From Fidelibacterota bacterium (GTDB taxonomy: Bacteria > Fidelibacterota > Fidelibacteria > Fidelibacterales > DSDE01), in assembly GCA_046735395.1 (NCBI GenBank), contig JBJKQR010000026.1, positions 1-18,473 on the forward strand: a stretch of DNA of 18,473 nucleotides, given 5' to 3'. A model generated the notes under the pieces. That model saw only the letters and a program-made list of their open reading frames with translations. It was not told where the DNA came from and made no database searches. Shown one piece after another: positions 16,480 to 18,473 of the stretch (position 1 is the first letter of the stretch; the number at the start of each line of letters is the position of its first letter). The translations under genes and the position numbers were made by a program.

Positions 16480-17250
16480 GTGGATATAAAGGGGAAAACG
16501 GTACTGATCAGCGGAGCCTCATCCGGTATCGGGGCGGCCTGTGCGGAGGTCTTTGCCGCGGCCGGCTGCAATCTGATTCTTTTTGCACGCAGGCTGGAGC
16601 GGCTGACGGAACTGAAGAAAAATCTGCTGCGGGAGCATTCGGTGAAAATAGAAATATTCCAGGCGGATGTCCGCGATGCAGAGTCTCTGAAAAAAAATTA
16701 CGAGGCGCTTCCCGCCGACCTGCTGCCGGTGCAGATTCTGATCAATAATGCCGGCCTGGCCCGCGGATCGGAGAAATTTCACGAATTCGATCCCCGCTAT
16801 TTTGATGAGGTGCTGGATACGAATGTGAAGGGCGTGATCAATGTGACCCGGCTTGTGCTGGACGACATGATCCGGAATCAGGATGGCCACATCATCAATC
16901 TCGGTTCCATCGCCGGTCATCAGGCCTATCCGGGCGGCCATATCTACAATGCCAGCAAATTTGCTCTGCGGGGCCTCATGGATGCCATCCGCATCGATAC
17001 GGTGGACACGGATGTGCGTATCAGCAGCATTGACCCGGGGATGGTGAATACGGAGTTCAGCACGGTGCGCTATTACGGGGACAGGGAGAAGGCCGATGAG
17101 GTATATCGCGGGATTGATCCGCTGCTGGCCCGGGATATTGCCGAGGGAATATTATTTATCGCTACCCGTCCGCCTCATGTGAATATCAACGAAATGGTGA
17201 TCATGCCCACCCATCAGGCGACGGCCACCATCAAGCATTATCAGAAATAA
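16480..17250 (+). CDS. Short-chain dehydrogenase/reductase, YdfG-like (probably NADP-dependent 3-hydroxy acid dehydrogenase)
   Basis: 256 aa with a GTG start and RBS AAGGAG. Motifs: SGASSGIG, ARRLERL, INNAGLARG, NLGSIAG, YPGGHIYNASK (YxxxK), PGMVNTEFSTVRY and RPPHVNIN. Confidence 0.88.
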   Translation: MDIKGKTVLISGASSGIGAACAEVFAAAGCNLILFARRLERLTELKKNLLREHSVKIEIFQADVRDAESLKKNYEALPADLLPVQILINNAGLARGSEKFHEFDPRYFDEVLDTNVKGVINVTRLVLDDMIRNQDGHIINLGSIAGHQAYPGGHIYNASKFALRGLMDAIRIDTVDTDVRISSIDPGMVNTEFSTVRYYGDREKADEVYRGIDPLLARDIAEGILFIATRPPHVNINEMVIMPTHQATATIKHYQK

Positions 17251-17267
17251 ATTCGAAAGGGACTGCC

Positions 17268-18368
17268 ATGTCGATCAGACGAATCGGAATTTTAACCGGC
17301 GGAGGTGATTGTCCCGGATTGAACGCTGTGATCCGGGGGGTCACGAAAACAGCGATTAACCGTCACAATATGGAAGTCATCGGCTTTCAGGACGGCTTCC
17401 TCGGCCTCATCGAGGAACGCTTCATCAAATTATTTTCAGAGCGTGTGTCCGGTATTCTGCAGGAGGGCGGGACCATACTGGGATCCTCCAATACCGCCAA
17501 TCCCTTCGCTCACAAGGTGATGCAGAACGGGGAATGGATTACGGTGGACCGCAGCGACCAATGCATGGATCTCTACCGGGATCTGGGCCTGGACGCCCTC
17601 ATTGCCGTCGGCGGCGACGGAACCATGAGCATCGCGGGTGAACTGGCCAAAAAGGGCGCCAATATCGTCGGCGTGCCCAAGACCATCGACAAGGATCTGA
17701 TGGAGACCGACACCACCTTCGGTTTTGATACCGCCCGCTCCACGGTCATGGAGGCCATCGACCGGCTCCACACCACGGCGCAGAGCCACCACCGCGCCAT
17801 GCTGGTGGAAGTCATGGGACGCAATGCAGGCTGGCTGGCGCTGGAGGCCGGACTGGCCGGCGGCGGCGATATCATCATCATCCCCGAAATTCCCTATGAT
17901 ATCCATGAGATCGTATCCGTGGTGCGGAAACGCTCCCGCTTCGGAAAGAAATTCAGCATCATCGTCGTCTCGGAAGGCGCCCGGCCCATCGGCGGTGATC
18001 AGGTGGTCAACCGCGTCGTGGAAAATTCGCCCGATCCGGTGCGCCTCGGCGGCGTCAGCCACGTCATCGCCAAGCAGATTGAGGAACTGAGCGATATCGA
18101 GGCCCGGGTCACCATTCTGGGACATCTGCAGCGGGGGGGGACCCCGTCCTCCATGGATCGCATCCTGGGGACGCAGTTTGCCGTCAAGGCCATGGAACTG
18201 GTGGTGGAGAAGAAATTCGGACAGATGGTCGTGCTGAAAGGCAATCAGCTCTCCTCGGTTCCGGTGGAAAAGGTCATGAATAAACAGCGGACCGTTCCCA
18301 AAAACAGTTATCTCATCAAAGCCGGACTGGATGTGGGCGTCAGTTTCGGTGCAAATATTGAAGCATAA
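17268..18368 (+). CDS. pfkA: 6-phosphofructokinase, PfkA family (group III-like, probably ATP-dependent)
   Basis: 366 aa with ILTGGGDCPGLNAVIR, GGTILGSS, GGDGT, PKTIDKD, TFGFDTA, EVMGRNAGWLA, IIPE, VVSEG and LGHLQRGG. Confidence 0.93.
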   Translation: MSIRRIGILTGGGDCPGLNAVIRGVTKTAINRHNMEVIGFQDGFLGLIEERFIKLFSERVSGILQEGGTILGSSNTANPFAHKVMQNGEWITVDRSDQCMDLYRDLGLDALIAVGGDGTMSIAGELAKKGANIVGVPKTIDKDLMETDTTFGFDTARSTVMEAIDRLHTTAQSHHRAMLVEVMGRNAGWLALEAGLAGGGDIIIIPEIPYDIHEIVSVVRKRSRFGKKFSIIVVSEGARPIGGDQVVNRVVENSPDPVRLGGVSHVIAKQIEELSDIEARVTILGHLQRGGTPSSMDRILGTQFAVKAMELVVEKKFGQMVVLKGNQLSSVPVEKVMNKQRTVPKNSYLIKAGLDVGVSFGANIEA

Positions 18369-18401
18369 ATCTCTCATATTCACCATAGGTCCCCTGAAGT
18401 T

Positions 18402-18473
18402 ATGCCGCTTAAGGAAACTATCGAGGATTACTTCAAACGTAAAATCCTGCCCCGTTTCAGTTATCCGGAATTT
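18402..18473 (+). CDS. Possible 5' end of a downstream gene (truncated by the window edge)
   Basis: ATG at 18402 opens MPLKETIEDYFKRKILPRFSYPEF to the window end, 33 nt after the pfk stop on the same strand. The RBS is weak and only 24 codons are visible. Confidence 0.35.
   Translation, partial: MPLKETIEDYFKRKILPRFSYPEF

Noticed and set aside
14657..18386. Long minus-strand ORFs 14657-15586 (309 aa) and 17436-18386 (316 aa)
   Set aside because: Antisense shadows of metH and pfk.

Overview
Bacterial chromosomal window, probably from a diderm organism; the taxon cannot be determined from the sequence alone. From left to right: (1) the 3' end of an AT-rich gene, absent from the ORF track, ending in a beta-barrel-like C-terminus; (2) a G-U-rich periodic hairpin and an intrinsic terminator; (3) a minus-strand RND efflux pair (adaptor + AcrB-family permease) with a candidate ECF-sigma promoter; (4) an M18 aminopeptidase; (5) a tightly packed motility/signalling cluster: cheY - cheZ-like - 84-aa HxCxC protein - FapA/DUF342 - REC/GAF-like/degenerate-GGDEF-like protein - FlbD/FlrC-like sigma54 activator (GAYTHA loop) - stand-alone B3/4 editing-domain protein; (6) metH, a YdfG-like SDR, a group III phosphofructokinase and a possible gene start at the right edge. 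The cheY-to-activator cluster has no cheA, cheW, MCP or sensor kinase and is the best candidate for an undescribed system. No rRNA, tRNA, CRISPR array, transposase or recognisable riboswitch was seen.
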